Origin: Macrostomum lignano
Lineage: Eukaryota
Length of the DNA stretch: 64,000 bases
Reading direction: 5' to 3'
Assembly (NCBI GenBank): GCA_002269645.1
Contig: NIVC01003901.1
Coordinates: 44,624-108,623, forward strand
Each line of letters starts with the position of its first letter. The first letter of the stretch is position 1. The position numbers were made by a program, and so were the translations under genes. The notes below the pieces were generated by a model. That model was not told where the DNA came from. It did not search any database and saw only the letters and a list, made by a program, of their open reading frames with translations. Positions 43,480-54,287 of the stretch are shown one piece after another.

Positions 43480-44672
43480 GGCAATTTGCAATTCCTTGCA
43501 TTTCATTTAGATCAACTATTTGAAGTACACCTTTTTGAAGGTCAATGTCTTCTGTTGTAACAATGAATAAAATGACTTTCAAATCTAGTTCACAATGAGC
43601 AGCCACCATGACAGTGGTGCAACCAAGAGGGAGTTAAGAGCAGTCACCCCCTTAGATAGAGAGCAGAAAAAACAAAATGGAGGACCAAGCAAATGTTTGC
43701 CAAAATATAATAACAGAGCTATATCCCTTCTATTGCACTTGGGTCTTTACCTTCCAGAATCCATTGGTGTCTTCTCTCAACAAATTTCTAGTTGTGCTAC
43801 TGCATTATAACTTCATCTAGGGTTTGCACAGTGCCTCCCATCAATACAATGCTATTGCATTGCTGCTTTATTATAGCTCCTACTCCATTAACTGCGCATT
43901 TGCCATGGCCCATTTTGGTAAAAAGCTACTACAAATAATGCACTCATTTTTTGTGGCAGACAATCAAAAGCATACAGATTAAACCAATTTCTTCTACTGG
44001 CTGATAGAAGAGTCTAAGATTATAGTAATCTTGGTAATTTAAAAAAATCTATCCTAGAAATACTTTAGGACAGGCAAAAGATTCACTCCTATTGGGTTGC
44101 TAGTCTTGCAATTGTCTGCTTACAATGTTGAAAAGCAACAAGATTTTGACTTAGGTGATAGTATACTCCTTGATAAATGATCACTTCATGCTTGGAACCA
44201 AAGTGACTCAATTGCACTTCATATCCACATTTCTTAGAATAGTTCTCACAATTAGCAAAACAAGATGACCATGTTTCTGATGAAATTTTAGCTCCTAGAT
44301 GGCTTGGTACTAATGCCTAAGCCTATAAAGTTTACTTGGTGTTGTGAAATTTGCAGGCTCCACTGTTAAGAGTTCAAATCCTAATGAATGACATTTTGCG
44401 AGCTTTGGACTGTCTGGATATCGTGATCATACCTGATGCTATCTACAGAGCCCCAACATAGTATTTGGCAAATAATAGTTTTCATTTGTTTTTAACAATG
44501 CATAAAAACAGTGAAGAATTTTGCTATCTCTTGCACAATGCACAGGCACCATTCTGAAATCCAGTTGCAAGTTGTTTGCTAGTAGCCAATCATTGAAGCA
44601 TTGAACTGCTGCTGTATTTTTCATCAAGCTAGGCTGACACTGGTTGTCCATTTCAAATTGCTTGCCCTTCAT
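43480..44672 (-). pseudogene. Decayed Crypton-like (DUF3504 tyrosine recombinase) remnant
   Basis: KNTAAVQCFNDWL...ILHCFYALLKTNENYYLPNTMLGL fits the NT.WAV..F.EW...L..FY.......Y...TL..LR pattern. Faint HSLR.T/GH-like remains at ~43500-43640; many stops. Confidence 0.4.
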
Positions 44673-44970
44673 ATAAATTTATAGAGCCTGTTAAGCCCAC
44701 TAATCATTGAATTAGTGCTGATGGTTAAATTAGTCACTAATTTAGGTTAAAGTCTTTCAATTCTTTAAAAAAGCTTGGCAAGGAGTCTTATTTGGGTAAA
44801 AAAAAACAGTTAAAAACTATAAGTGATGATTGATTCAGCATATCTCACACAAAAAACTAGTTTAACTCTGCAGAATCTGTCCTCTGTCTTAATGAGCGCC
44901 CGCATTACTAACAGTATTATCATCACCTCATTCCAGCTGCAAGTCAGCCAGCCAGATTAGTCTCTGAGCC

Positions 44971-45194
44971 ATGGGCAGCTACCTGAGCAGCGCTAGCGCG
45001 CCAGAGCGAATGCTGGAGGGCGGCGTTCCAGCCAGCGAGCGCCGCGTCCTCATTGCTCTGGACGGCTCGCCTGGCGCCCAGAAGGCCTTCAACTTCTGGG
45101 CCAACGCGCCTGGCAGCCGCAACGACGAGTTGATCCTGTTCAGCTCGCTGGAGATGCCGAATGTGCTCACTGGCCTGCTGCTGCTGCCGTCTGG
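44971..45194 (+). CDS. Universal stress protein (UspA family), first coding exon only
   Basis: RRVLIALDGSPGAQKAFNFW...DELILF matches the USP beta1-alpha1-beta2 region and ends at a strong donor GG|GTGAGT. Downstream exons with the GSRG motif were not seen in the window. Confidence 0.8.
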
Positions 45195-45530
45195 GTGAGT
45201 TGAGGTGGGCGGCTTCTTGAGACTCTGCTGTGCAGGGGAGCTCAGGGTAGGATAGTCGGTGGGCTTCTTCGTGAGGTTTTTTTGTTTTTAGATCATCAAT
45301 CTTGATGCTTGAAATTTGGGTCTATGAGAATTTCCGGCTGAGGTTTGCCCGCGCAAGCTTTTCCCGCCGAGATTTTCTCACCGGGTTTTCCTGTCGAAGT
45401 TTCAAGTCAAATCCGATCGGATTCGATTTGAAATCTAGTCTAGTTTATGTCTAGTCTAGTCTAGTCTAGGCTAGTTATAATTTAGTCCAGTATTGTCTAT
45501 AGACTGGATTTGACTTGAAATTCCGATTGT

Positions 45531-45795
45531 AAAAACCCTGCGGGAAAACCTCGCTGCGGGAAAACCTCGCTGCGGGAAAACCTCCTATGGGAAAAACTCG
45601 CTGTGGGAAAACCTCGCTGCGGGAAAACCTCCTATGGGAAAAACTCGCTGTGGGAAAACCTCGCTGCGGGAAAACCTCCTATGGGAAAAACTCGCTGTGG
45701 GAAAACCTCGCTGCGGGAAAACCTCCTATGGGAAAAACTCGCTGTGGGAAAACCTCGCTGCGGGAAAACCTCGGCGGGAAAACTTCCTGCGGGAA
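45531..45795. repeat. 15-16-bp GGGAAAACCTCGCTGC repeats with a 47-bp higher-order period
   Basis: About 16 units. Confidence 0.92.
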
Positions 45796-46330
45796 ATTCT
45801 GGTGCTCCCTGAAATTTGCATCGATTTCTACGAATATGTGTCTGCTCATTTGAAGTTGAGCGAGTAGAGACATTTTTCATGTTGGTTCAGCAACTAAGCC
45901 GATATTGCAGTCAAGTTGCTTTTGTAATTCACGATTTGAAACATTCGCAATCCCCGAGATCATGATCGAAACAGAATATTTTCGACATCTCGTCCGACCT
46001 CTACTGCTCATGGAGACGCAGGGAAGTTTGGGGTTCGATTGCTTGTTACCCAATGTAAAGCTATGGGAAAGCAGCTGACGTCATTGCTGGATCTACTAGC
46101 GTATGCCATTTTAACACAGCAGTCCAGCGGATTTCTCGACTGTAAGCTTCTAGGCGTCTCCCAAAAGTGAGATTCGAGTTCAGATTAGTGAAATTCGTCA
46201 GGACCGGCTTCTGAGTTCCTACGGGCTTAGCATCTGATTTTAACCACAGTGCCAGGAGGACACGCACGCTCGAGGTTCCATTTAACTAGCCAGACTAGCC
46301 ATGATAAATAATACGCTTCACATTCTCCTC

Positions 46331-46835
46331 GTGTTACTCCAATGTGATTGTCCAGTGTGTTACTCCAATGTGATTGTCCAGTGTGTTACTCCAATGTGAT
46401 TGTCCAGTGTGTTACTCCAATGTGATTGTCCAGTGTGTTACTCCAATGTGATTGTCCAGTGTGTTACTCCAATGTGATTGTCCAGTGTGTTACTCCAATG
46501 TGATTGTCCAGTGTGTTACTCCAATGTGATTGTCCAGTGTGTTACTCCAATGTGATTGTCCAGTGTGTTACTCCAATGTGATTGTCCAGTGTGTTACTCC
46601 AATGTGATTGTCCAGTGTGTTACTCCAATGTGATTGTCCAGTGTGTTACTCCAATGTGATTGTCCAGTGTGTTACTCCAATGTGATTGTCCAGTGTGTTA
46701 CTCCAATGTGATTGTCCAGTGTGTTACTCCAATGTGATTGTCCAGTGTGTTACTCCAATGTGATTGTCCAGTGTGTTACTCCAATGTGATTGTCCAGTGT
46801 GTTACTCCAATGTGATTGTCCAGTGTGTTACTCCA
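46331..46835. repeat. Perfect 26-bp tandem repeat (GTGTTACTCCAATGTGATTGTCCAGT)
   Basis: About 19 identical copies, no spacers. Confidence 0.97.
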
Positions 46836-47033
46836 CTCTGATGGCGACATCTGCGCGCCAATTGAGATCCAGCTCAATCGTATTTCATCTGTAACTCTTT
46901 CGTTCTCACTAAATCAATCAGTATCCCACTATTAAAGAAACAATCTGTCCTAGGGGAGCGGCATTGGGTCAGGTGTCGCAGTTGACTTCTCGGAGGTTCT
47001 TCCAATTGGTCAATGCGTCTATGTACGAGTCTC

Positions 47034-47718
47034 CTACCTATGGATAAGAGGGATGAGACCTGCAGTCGCGTGATCAGGGTGGTCAAGGCAGAGCGGCTCA
47101 GTGGTAAAATAAACGCATCTGGTTTCCGACCACGACCCGGCGAGAAAGCGGATGGAAAGTCTTACCTGCTGTTCGGCGCTCAGAGCAAAGTTGCACCGTG
47201 TTGGATGTTCGATTCTGTGTCGAATTCTATCTATTAGGCTTGAAAGCTGGATCTCGTTAAGTCTAAAACGCATAGCACTCTCGGCTGGATCTTCTTCAAA
47301 AAAATTTATTCTTGCCTTAAATTGTCGATGGCGTCTATCATTGACTCCTTCCTCATCAGAATCCGATTCGCTGTCCGAAAACATTATAATCCTAGCTTGT
47401 CTAAGAGTGAAAATTGGCCCTTGAACTCTTGCTTAGGAGTCAAGAGTTAGGAGCGAAATTTTCTCATTCTATAGAACACGCGCTCCTAGAATCACTCCTA
47501 AAAGCCAACTCCTAGCTCCTAGACTTCCTCTCCTAATTCTATAGCATGCCACGGACCTTAATGAGTTCTCCTAAATTCACCCAGTAGTCTCCTAACGTCC
47601 TTAAGGAGCCTCCTAGCTTTTAAAATTTACTCTTTATTCTATAGCACAGAAAAGCCAGCTAAGAGTTAGGACACTATTAAGGATTTAGGAGTTAAGAGTA
47701 TTCTATAGCACGGGCCCC
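47034..47718 (-). mobile_element. Truncated PIF/Harbinger element (5' end and transposase N-terminus)
   Basis: FRLNEIQLSSLIDRIRHRIEHPTRCNFALSAEQQVRLSIRFLAG matches the HARBI1-type N-terminus. Terminus GGGGCCCGTGCTATAGAA at 47701-47718, with subterminal TTCTATAG repeats. Confidence 0.75.
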
Positions 47719-48393
47719 TTTAAAAAAGCCAATGCCGCGATATGGTGCTAGGCAGGCATAAAAAATAACTCAAAGGGCCGCTTGCACTTAGCAGGGCCGA
47801 CTTATATATTTGGCTATGACTAATTGCGTAATAAATCAATTATTGAAGTGAATGGTTGGCTGTGCGTACTTGTACGGGGCAGTGATAGCGCCGGACTAAG
47901 TGAGCGAGAGAGAGAGAGGAGGCAGATGTACACTGCCCCACAGACTCCTGGTTCGCTTCTGTGCGCAGCCACATTAATTTGAGGCTTGTGCGCAAAAATT
48001 AGCTTTAAGGATTGTCGTGCGATTCACAGCCATGAGAGCCGACCCCCCGAGGCTTAAAGTGTGACTATTGGCAATTCGGGACCGCTGTACATCCTGCATG
48101 AGTGCGTGCCTGCGTACAGCATTAGCGCGCTTGTACGAGTATGTGTTCAAGAGTCAGCGGAATGTGCAGAATTGCCTCACCGCCGGTGATGGGGAGTAGT
48201 AGGGGAAATGTGGACTCTGCCGCAGGAATTTCCGTGGGAAAACCACGGGCCTGTAGTGTGTAAACATAGCGCCTATGTAAATGCATTGGTGGACTCTGCC
48301 GCAGGGAAAGCCATGGAAATTCCATGGGGCCTTAGTGAGAGAACATAGGCCTATGTTTTTCTATTGCTGTATGTCTGCTGCAGTGGTTTAGTC

Positions 48394-48401
48394 TATATAA
48401 G
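48394..48401 (+). promoter_or_regulatory. TATA box (TATATAAG) upstream of the PC4-like gene
   Basis: Canonical motif ~80 nt before the ATG at 48479. Confidence 0.55.
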
Positions 48402-48478
48402 GACCAAAAAATCTCTTTGATTCATGAAAAAACGATTTTTTTTTCGACGAGATAGTTTATTCTGTTAGATTTTAAGTC

Positions 48479-49243
48479 ATGGACATCGGCGAAGGATATA
48501 AACTCCAAATACAGGAGTATGAAGGAGTTATGTTCATTGCTATCAGAAAATTTTACCGACATGGCAGCACTGCGAGTTTGAAACCTGGAGTCCCCGGCTT
48601 CAATTTGAACATCCGTCAGTGGGAGAAGCTCAAGGAGTTGAAGCGATCGCTTGTCAAGGCGGCCTTGGACAAACAGCCAAAGGTTGTCAAACTCGGCTTC
48701 GATAAGTTCATCGAAGTGAAAAACGGCATTATCTGGTTAAAGCGATTGCCGGAGGACTGCTGCGACGAGTTTCTTAAGCGGAACACCGTGCCGCTGACAC
48801 CGCCGCTGTGGCGAAAGCTGTGGCAGTACGCGGATTGGATCGACGAGCAGCTATCGGCTCCACGTGAGATTTCCGATGCATACGAGCTGGAGTCGGGATC
48901 TTCCTCCAACAGCATCGAAAATGAAGACGATGCTGGCGAAAACGCGGAAGAGACCAAGCCGGTAGTGAAGGCGGAGGACAATGCTCCTGCTGCTGCTGGC
49001 GAGGCTGGCATGCCATCCAATCTGCAAATCGACACAGCGTTTGCCACTTCAACGCCTCTGCAACTGACCAAGCCAGCAGCTGGAGCGATTCCTCGGCAGG
49101 ACACTGATCTGCAAGAGGACCCAGTCTGGTACCAATTCCGAGCTCAAGCAGCCGCCGCTGAGAACGCCAGGAAACGCAAGCAGCCGCCGTTCGCTCTGCG
49201 CAGATTGGATGCCATGAAGCTGCCCAGGCCGTGCTTCGACTGA
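48479..49243 (+). CDS. PC4/Sub1-like ssDNA-binding protein, probably two tandem PC4 domains plus an acidic tail
   Basis: IQEYEGVMFIAIRKFY...LKPGVPGFNLNIRQWEKLKE matches PC4 (..DIR.Y...KPG.KGISL...QW..L). A second degenerate copy reads LGFDKFIEV...TVPLTPPLWRKL. AATAAA at 49323-49328. Confidence 0.82.
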   Translation: MDIGEGYKLQIQEYEGVMFIAIRKFYRHGSTASLKPGVPGFNLNIRQWEKLKELKRSLVKAALDKQPKVVKLGFDKFIEVKNGIIWLKRLPEDCCDEFLKRNTVPLTPPLWRKLWQYADWIDEQLSAPREISDAYELESGSSSNSIENEDDAGENAEETKPVVKAEDNAPAAAGEAGMPSNLQIDTAFATSTPLQLTKPAAGAIPRQDTDLQEDPVWYQFRAQAAAAENARKRKQPPFALRRLDAMKLPRPCFD

Positions 49244-49411
49244 TTGCAGACCCTCTGACATTGAGACAAACTCTGTGCTACGAGCTTTTTATCCAGACCT
49301 GCTTTCCATCTCTTTGTTTGAAAATAAAAAATATATGCTTGCTTTCACATGCGCTATACATTTTCAATGTCTTAAGAAAACCTAAAAAAAAATGTTTCTT
49401 TGTTTCTGAAA

Positions 49412-50479
49412 ATGGAAAAAATTTATTTCAATCCAAATCAGCCTGCGAGCTATTGCAGTTCTTCAAAACTGCAACATGAACTGCGAAAAAGAGGCGAGCA
49501 TATTGGAGTCAAGAGCATTGAGCAGTGGCTAAGTCAGCAGCCAGTACACACTCTGCATAAGCCAGCTAGAGTACGATTTCCAAGGGCGCCAATAATAGTG
49601 AGGGCCATTGATGATCAGTGGGAGATGGATCTGGTGGAAATGATTCCGTTTGCAAAGTATAATCGCGGGCATAAATACATTCTCACCTGCATTGATGTTT
49701 TGTCTAAATTTGCAATGGCCCGAGCACTGAAGTCTAAGAGCGCGGCAGAAGTGAAATCTGCGTTTGAGAGCATGCTGAAGAGCTCAAAGCGGCAGCCGCG
49801 CACTGTCCGCACAGATCAGGGAAAAGAGTTTGTCAACGCAATTTTTCGCCAGTTCTGCATAGACCGGGGGATTCTGGCGTTTCCAACTAGCAGTGAGCAC
49901 AAAGCAGCCATAATTGAAAGATGGAATCGAACTTTAAAAAGCAAGATGTGGCGTTACTTTACTCACAACAGCACTCTACAATGGCTTGATGTGCTGCCTA
50001 AACTGGTCAAGTCCTATAACAATACTTTCCACAGAAGCATCAAGACTACACTAATGAATGTCAGCAAAGCAAACGAGACTGAAGTGTGGATGAACCTTTA
50101 TGATGGGAAAGCGATTGAGACAGTTGAGAAACTGAGAAAACCGAAGTTCTGTGAAAACCAATCAGTGCGGATTTCCAATGCACCCAGACTCTTCAGGAAG
50201 GGATACAAGGCGAACTGGAGCGAGGAGGTGTACACCATAGTGTTTAGGGCACCAAAGCATTATCCCTACATGTACAGGATTCGAGACATGAAGGGGGAAG
50301 ACATAAGAGGCCTCTTCCACGAGCATGAGCTGCAAGCTGTTCCGGACTCGCAGCGGCTGTATGTAATCGAGAAGGTTCTGAAGACTGAGAAGCGGAAGGG
50401 TAAGATCCGATATCTCGTCAAGTGGGCCGGCTACAAGTCCACTGACTGGGTGGATGAGAAGGACTTAAGAAAAGTGTAA
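49412..50479 (+). CDS. Polinton retroviral-like (rve) integrase with C-terminal chromodomain
   Basis: Intact DDE triad (QWEMDL, RTDQGKEF, AIIERWNRTLK); KGYKANWSEEVY region; chromodomain YVIEKVL...YLVKWAGY. First ATG at 49412. Confidence 0.95.
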   Translation: MEKIYFNPNQPASYCSSSKLQHELRKRGEHIGVKSIEQWLSQQPVHTLHKPARVRFPRAPIIVRAIDDQWEMDLVEMIPFAKYNRGHKYILTCIDVLSKFAMARALKSKSAAEVKSAFESMLKSSKRQPRTVRTDQGKEFVNAIFRQFCIDRGILAFPTSSEHKAAIIERWNRTLKSKMWRYFTHNSTLQWLDVLPKLVKSYNNTFHRSIKTTLMNVSKANETEVWMNLYDGKAIETVEKLRKPKFCENQSVRISNAPRLFRKGYKANWSEEVYTIVFRAPKHYPYMYRIRDMKGEDIRGLFHEHELQAVPDSQRLYVIEKVLKTEKRKGKIRYLVKWAGYKSTDWVDEKDLRKV

Positions 50480-50509
50480 GATACCGACATTGTGCAGCCA
50501 TTCCCAACT

Positions 50510-51319
50510 ATGAGAAGCATCATCATTTGTAGCGAAAATGCTGAAGGTACTCCTAGTGACTTTCATTTTCACCTGCCTTCACCTATTTACTTGGATCGAA
50601 ATGTGGACTATGAGGCAGGTCTGGCTGAAATCCATCTGCCTGCTGCATGGTTCAATGTTGACGAGCCTTACTGCTTCACTGTCTCAGATGGAAGAGAGCA
50701 TGAGGCCCTGGTTCTTCAACCCGGACGCTTTGCTAGAGTGGAGGAACTGGTTGAGCGCATGAATGAGCTGCTGGCCAACTCTGAGTCACTGTTCTTCGAT
50801 GCAATGAGCGAAAGGGAGTCTGAAATGGAAGCTGATGAGTCCGGTTTAATGGGGCGAAGCAGCGCTAGAGATATTGGCATAAAGTTTGAAATCCAAGAGT
50901 TGAGAACGGTAGTGCTCAACAACACGGCTCGAGCAGAATTGTTCCTTCCATCAAGTAAAATTCTGCAGTGGCTGGGATTCGGAAACCAGCCTGTGAAGAT
51001 CCCACCCGGACGGCAAGTGTCACTCTGCTGCATCGGTTGTCCGCCCACCAACCTGATCAACTTGCACTGCAGCATTGTGGAGCGAACAAACTGTAACTGG
51101 AACTCCGTGCTGCGAACTGTGAGCATGTCATCCGATGTCGAATGGGGCAGCTACATGAGCAAAGTGTTTAAGAAAGCAATTTTCTTCCCGATTCAGAAAG
51201 CTAATTTTCTACATGGCATTAGATTTCAACTGCGTGACATCTTTGGCTACTCACTGACTGCTCGGAGCAGCAGCCCTGTTCTGCTCACAGTTCATATTCG
51301 GGAAAGGCTAATACAATGA
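50510..51319 (+). CDS. Minor capsid protein (penton)
   Basis: SDFHFHLPSPIYLD..YEAGLAEIHLPAAWFNV N-terminus and C-terminal IRFQLRDIFG..L....P..LTVH pattern; Polinton gene context. Confidence 0.8.
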   Translation: MRSIIICSENAEGTPSDFHFHLPSPIYLDRNVDYEAGLAEIHLPAAWFNVDEPYCFTVSDGREHEALVLQPGRFARVEELVERMNELLANSESLFFDAMSERESEMEADESGLMGRSSARDIGIKFEIQELRTVVLNNTARAELFLPSSKILQWLGFGNQPVKIPPGRQVSLCCIGCPPTNLINLHCSIVERTNCNWNSVLRTVSMSSDVEWGSYMSKVFKKAIFFPIQKANFLHGIRFQLRDIFGYSLTARSSSPVLLTVHIRERLIQ

Positions 51320-51726
51320 ACTACCAACAGCTGATTCGTCAGTATTCAGGGACTCTGGCAGGAAGCCAAAAGCCGGCGCTCTATGGCTGTGGGAGTTTTC
51401 CAGGAATCATGACTTACCAGCCTCCTCCAGAAGCTTCCACAAAGTCAATATCGCTATCAAAGCCAGCCCATACCACCGCCAGCGGTAGCAGCAGCAACAG
51501 CAGAAGCAATAGAAACAGACCAAAGCAGCGACTAGTCAAACAGGGCAGTAAGAAGCAGACAAAAAAGAAGAAAAAGAGTAAGACGGAGAAATCACCGAAA
51601 AGAAGCCAGTCAGGGCGAAATAAACCTAAGAAAGGGAGGTCTAAAACTCAAAGCAAGAAAACAGGCAAAGGAAAGCAAAAAGTGAGCAAAAAGACTGTGA
51701 AACGTGTTCTGGACTCGCTCTCATAG
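51316..51726 (+). CDS. Basic Lys/Arg/Ser-rich putative virion core (DNA-condensing) protein
   Basis: Lies between penton and MCP with an ATGA overlap. Very basic C-terminal half; LYGC|G fits an adenain cleavage consensus. Confidence 0.65.
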   Translation: MNYQQLIRQYSGTLAGSQKPALYGCGSFPGIMTYQPPPEASTKSISLSKPAHTTASGSSSNSRSNRNRPKQRLVKQGSKKQTKKKKKSKTEKSPKRSQSGRNKPKKGRSKTQSKKTGKGKQKVSKKTVKRVLDSLS

Positions 51727-51728
51727 CA

Positions 51729-53011
51729 ATGGCTTACGGATTCAACCCGAGACTCGATTTGTTCAAGTCCCCCATGCTGCAGACTGCCATTGAAAAATCC
51801 ACATATGTTGATATTCACCCCGTGAACTCTATTGCTACTAACTCACCTATTGAATTCGACTGTCATCCATCGGCTGATGAGTACACTGATCTGCTGAGCT
51901 CATTCCTGTATATTCGCTGTCGCCTAGTCCGGCTTGGCGGGGCTTTGATGAGGGAGGAGGTTCGAAATGCCGATGGAGTTGTCACTGAGCGCAGAGACAG
52001 TGGGGTGCACCCAGAAAACTTTGTCCTGTCTACGGCATTCTCAGATGTAATCGTGAGCATCAACCAGCGCATTGTCTCAGGCGGAGACCAGCTCTACCCC
52101 TACCATGCCTACCTAAAAGCTCTCATGGGCTCATCCGATGCTCAGCAGTTAAAGTTCTACCCCGCCGGATTCCTGGAACCCGAAACTGCTGCTGAGGGGC
52201 ATGCCGAGAGACACCGGGAGTCCCGCTGGGTGGAGTATGCGGGACCACTGCTCAGCGACATCTTCCAGTGTCCTGTTCTGCTGCTGAACAATTTACACCT
52301 GCACATCAAGCTGATGCCCAGTGATGCTGCATTCGCCATTCGAACCCCAGATGATAACAACACAGCCTACCGAATGGAAATCTCCCACTGCATTCTGAAC
52401 CTGCGCCGAGTCAAAGTGGCGCCTCACATCAGCCTGGCGCATGAGCAGGGACTGACCAATCAGAACGCACTCTACCCCATCGAGCGAACCGAAATGCAAA
52501 ACTTTATTCTACCCCAGGGAATTCAGTCAAAAAACATTGAAGGATTCACCCATGGCAAACTGCCGAAGTTCGTTATGCTGGTCTTCGTGAACCACCGAGC
52601 CTTCAATGGCCATCACCATTCCAGCCCTTCGAGTTCCAGAGCTTCAACCTCAGCCAGCTAGCACTAAAGAAAGGTGGTGAAGCCATGTGCCACGCTGCAT
52701 TTGCACCTGAGAATAATTCATTCGTGAGAGAGTACTTGCACTACCTGAAAAGCTGTCAGTCAGCCAGCCCTAGCAACTCGGTTCCGTGGGTCCCCTACCA
52801 GTTGTTCTCCAACGGCAACACAGCTTTCGCATTCGATCTCACGCCTGAGGGAGCGGCCCTGTGGTACGGACAGAAGGAGGGCAATTTGCGGCTGGAGATT
52901 CGCTTCCGACAGGCCCTGGAGGAGCCTGTATCTCTGATTGTTATGTGCCTGTATGACTCACTGATTGAGGTCACCAAGCACAGGGAGATTCTGTTAGATT
53001 TTCCATCCTAG
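51729..53011 (+). CDS. Major capsid protein (double jelly-roll), one -1 frameshift at ~52625-52627
   Basis: LDLFKSPMLQTAIEKSTYVDIHP...PIEF...YTDL..SFLYIRCRL is typical of Polinton MCPs. Adding one C restores SPFEFQSFNLSQL...TAFAFDLTP...GNLRLEIRF...VSLIV, giving 427 aa. Confidence 0.88.
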
Positions 53012-53034
53012 GAGTACGCTGGCGCAACGCTAAT

Positions 53035-53553
53035 ATGGATGCTTTTCAACTGCTTAAACTGGCTAAAAGCTTTTTGCCACAAAATAACTATTTAATTATT
53101 GTCTTGAATTCAATAAATAAAACATCTTATGCTTTAAACTTTATTCAGCGAGCAACTCTCAAAAGAAATTTATCTCGATGTAAGTTTATTTTCTTTCTGC
53201 TTCAGTACAGCTCATCCTTCGGTCACTGGGTGGTTTGTTATGCTGATAAGGAGAATTCCATAGAACTCTTTAACTCTCTGGGCTGGGACTCCAGCACTTT
53301 AGAGATCATTCACAGAGCACTGAAATCCTTTTGGTATTCTCCATTCTACTTACGTAGCAATGTGAATCGAATTCAGAGCTGTGACTCTGCTAAATGCGGT
53401 TTGTTCTGTCTCTTGTTTGCCTATCAAAAGTTTCGTTTCAAGCGCTCGTTTGAGTGGGTTCTGCGGCACCTCCATGCAAATCAGCAGAGCCACTTGAATG
53501 AGAGAATGCTGCAAAGGTTTGAGAGTTGCTTAAGAAAAAAGAAATTTAATTAG
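53035..53553 (+). CDS. Adenain-like cysteine maturation protease
   Basis: GHWV (His), FNSLG (normally FDS.G), IQS (oxyanion Gln), KCGLFC (Cys). Confidence 0.85.
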   Translation: MDAFQLLKLAKSFLPQNNYLIIVLNSINKTSYALNFIQRATLKRNLSRCKFIFFLLQYSSSFGHWVVCYADKENSIELFNSLGWDSSTLEIIHRALKSFWYSPFYLRSNVNRIQSCDSAKCGLFCLLFAYQKFRFKRSFEWVLRHLHANQQSHLNERMLQRFESCLRKKKFN

Positions 53554-53586
53554 ACTTTCAAAATTAGGGATTTAGCTCAACAGGCG

Positions 53587-54240
53587 ATGGAAACACGTGA
53601 GCGGATAAACTGTTATGATGTGCGCCTGCGACAGGGAAGCTGCATGATTGTCAGCGGGCCTACAAATGCAGGAAAGACAACCTTCGTGAAACATCTGATA
53701 CAATACAAGGATGTCCTGTTTGATGTGAAGCCTGGGAGAGTTCTGTGGTACTACGGGATTTCACAAGCAGCACACTCTGAGCTCAGCAGTCTCGGCGTGC
53801 ACCTGCAGCAGGGATTTCCCAGCAGTATCGAGACCGCACTGAGACCCAATGACCTGGTTGTATTTGATGACCTGATTGAAGAAACTTCCAATTCTGCTGC
53901 AATGCGAAATGTTTTCACTGGAATTGCCCATCATTTGCCCTGCTTTCTGGTTATGCTCACCCAAAATGTATTTTTTAAAGGGAAGGAGTTGCGAACAATG
54001 AGTCTGAATGCGATGTACTTTGTGATCATGAAGAACCCCAGAGACCAGCTGCAGATTGCAGCGCTGGGCAGGCAGTGCTTTGCTGAGAAGCCCGGATTTC
54101 TGCTGTCAGTGTTCAAGCACGTGACATCGCACGGCAGGGGAGCCTACCTGCTCCTGGATTTTCACCCTTCCACCCCTGATGAGCTGCGCGTCCGGGCTCG
54201 AATCCTGCCCAATCAGCGACCCCACCTGGTTTACACTTAA
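53587..54240 (+). CDS. A32/FtsK-like genome packaging ATPase
   Basis: Walker A GPTNAGKT, Walker B LVVFDD, HH..QN.F...RTMSLNA.Y...KNPRD. Confidence 0.93.
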   Translation: METRERINCYDVRLRQGSCMIVSGPTNAGKTTFVKHLIQYKDVLFDVKPGRVLWYYGISQAAHSELSSLGVHLQQGFPSSIETALRPNDLVVFDDLIEETSNSAAMRNVFTGIAHHLPCFLVMLTQNVFFKGKELRTMSLNAMYFVIMKNPRDQLQIAALGRQCFAEKPGFLLSVFKHVTSHGRGAYLLLDFHPSTPDELRVRARILPNQRPHLVYT

Positions 54241-54287
54241 GAATAACAGCCGAGATTTCGCCATTTGCTCTATATTCTGCAACACTA

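Noticed and set aside
46331-46835. Perfect 26-bp array as a CRISPR or as the Polinton terminus
   Set aside because: No spacers, and it is separated from the virus by the Harbinger fragment.
47907-47918. (AG)6 as the confirmed left Polinton terminus
   Set aside because: It fits known AG-repeat termini, but no matching (CT)n end or 6-bp TSD is in the window; used only as a tentative boundary.
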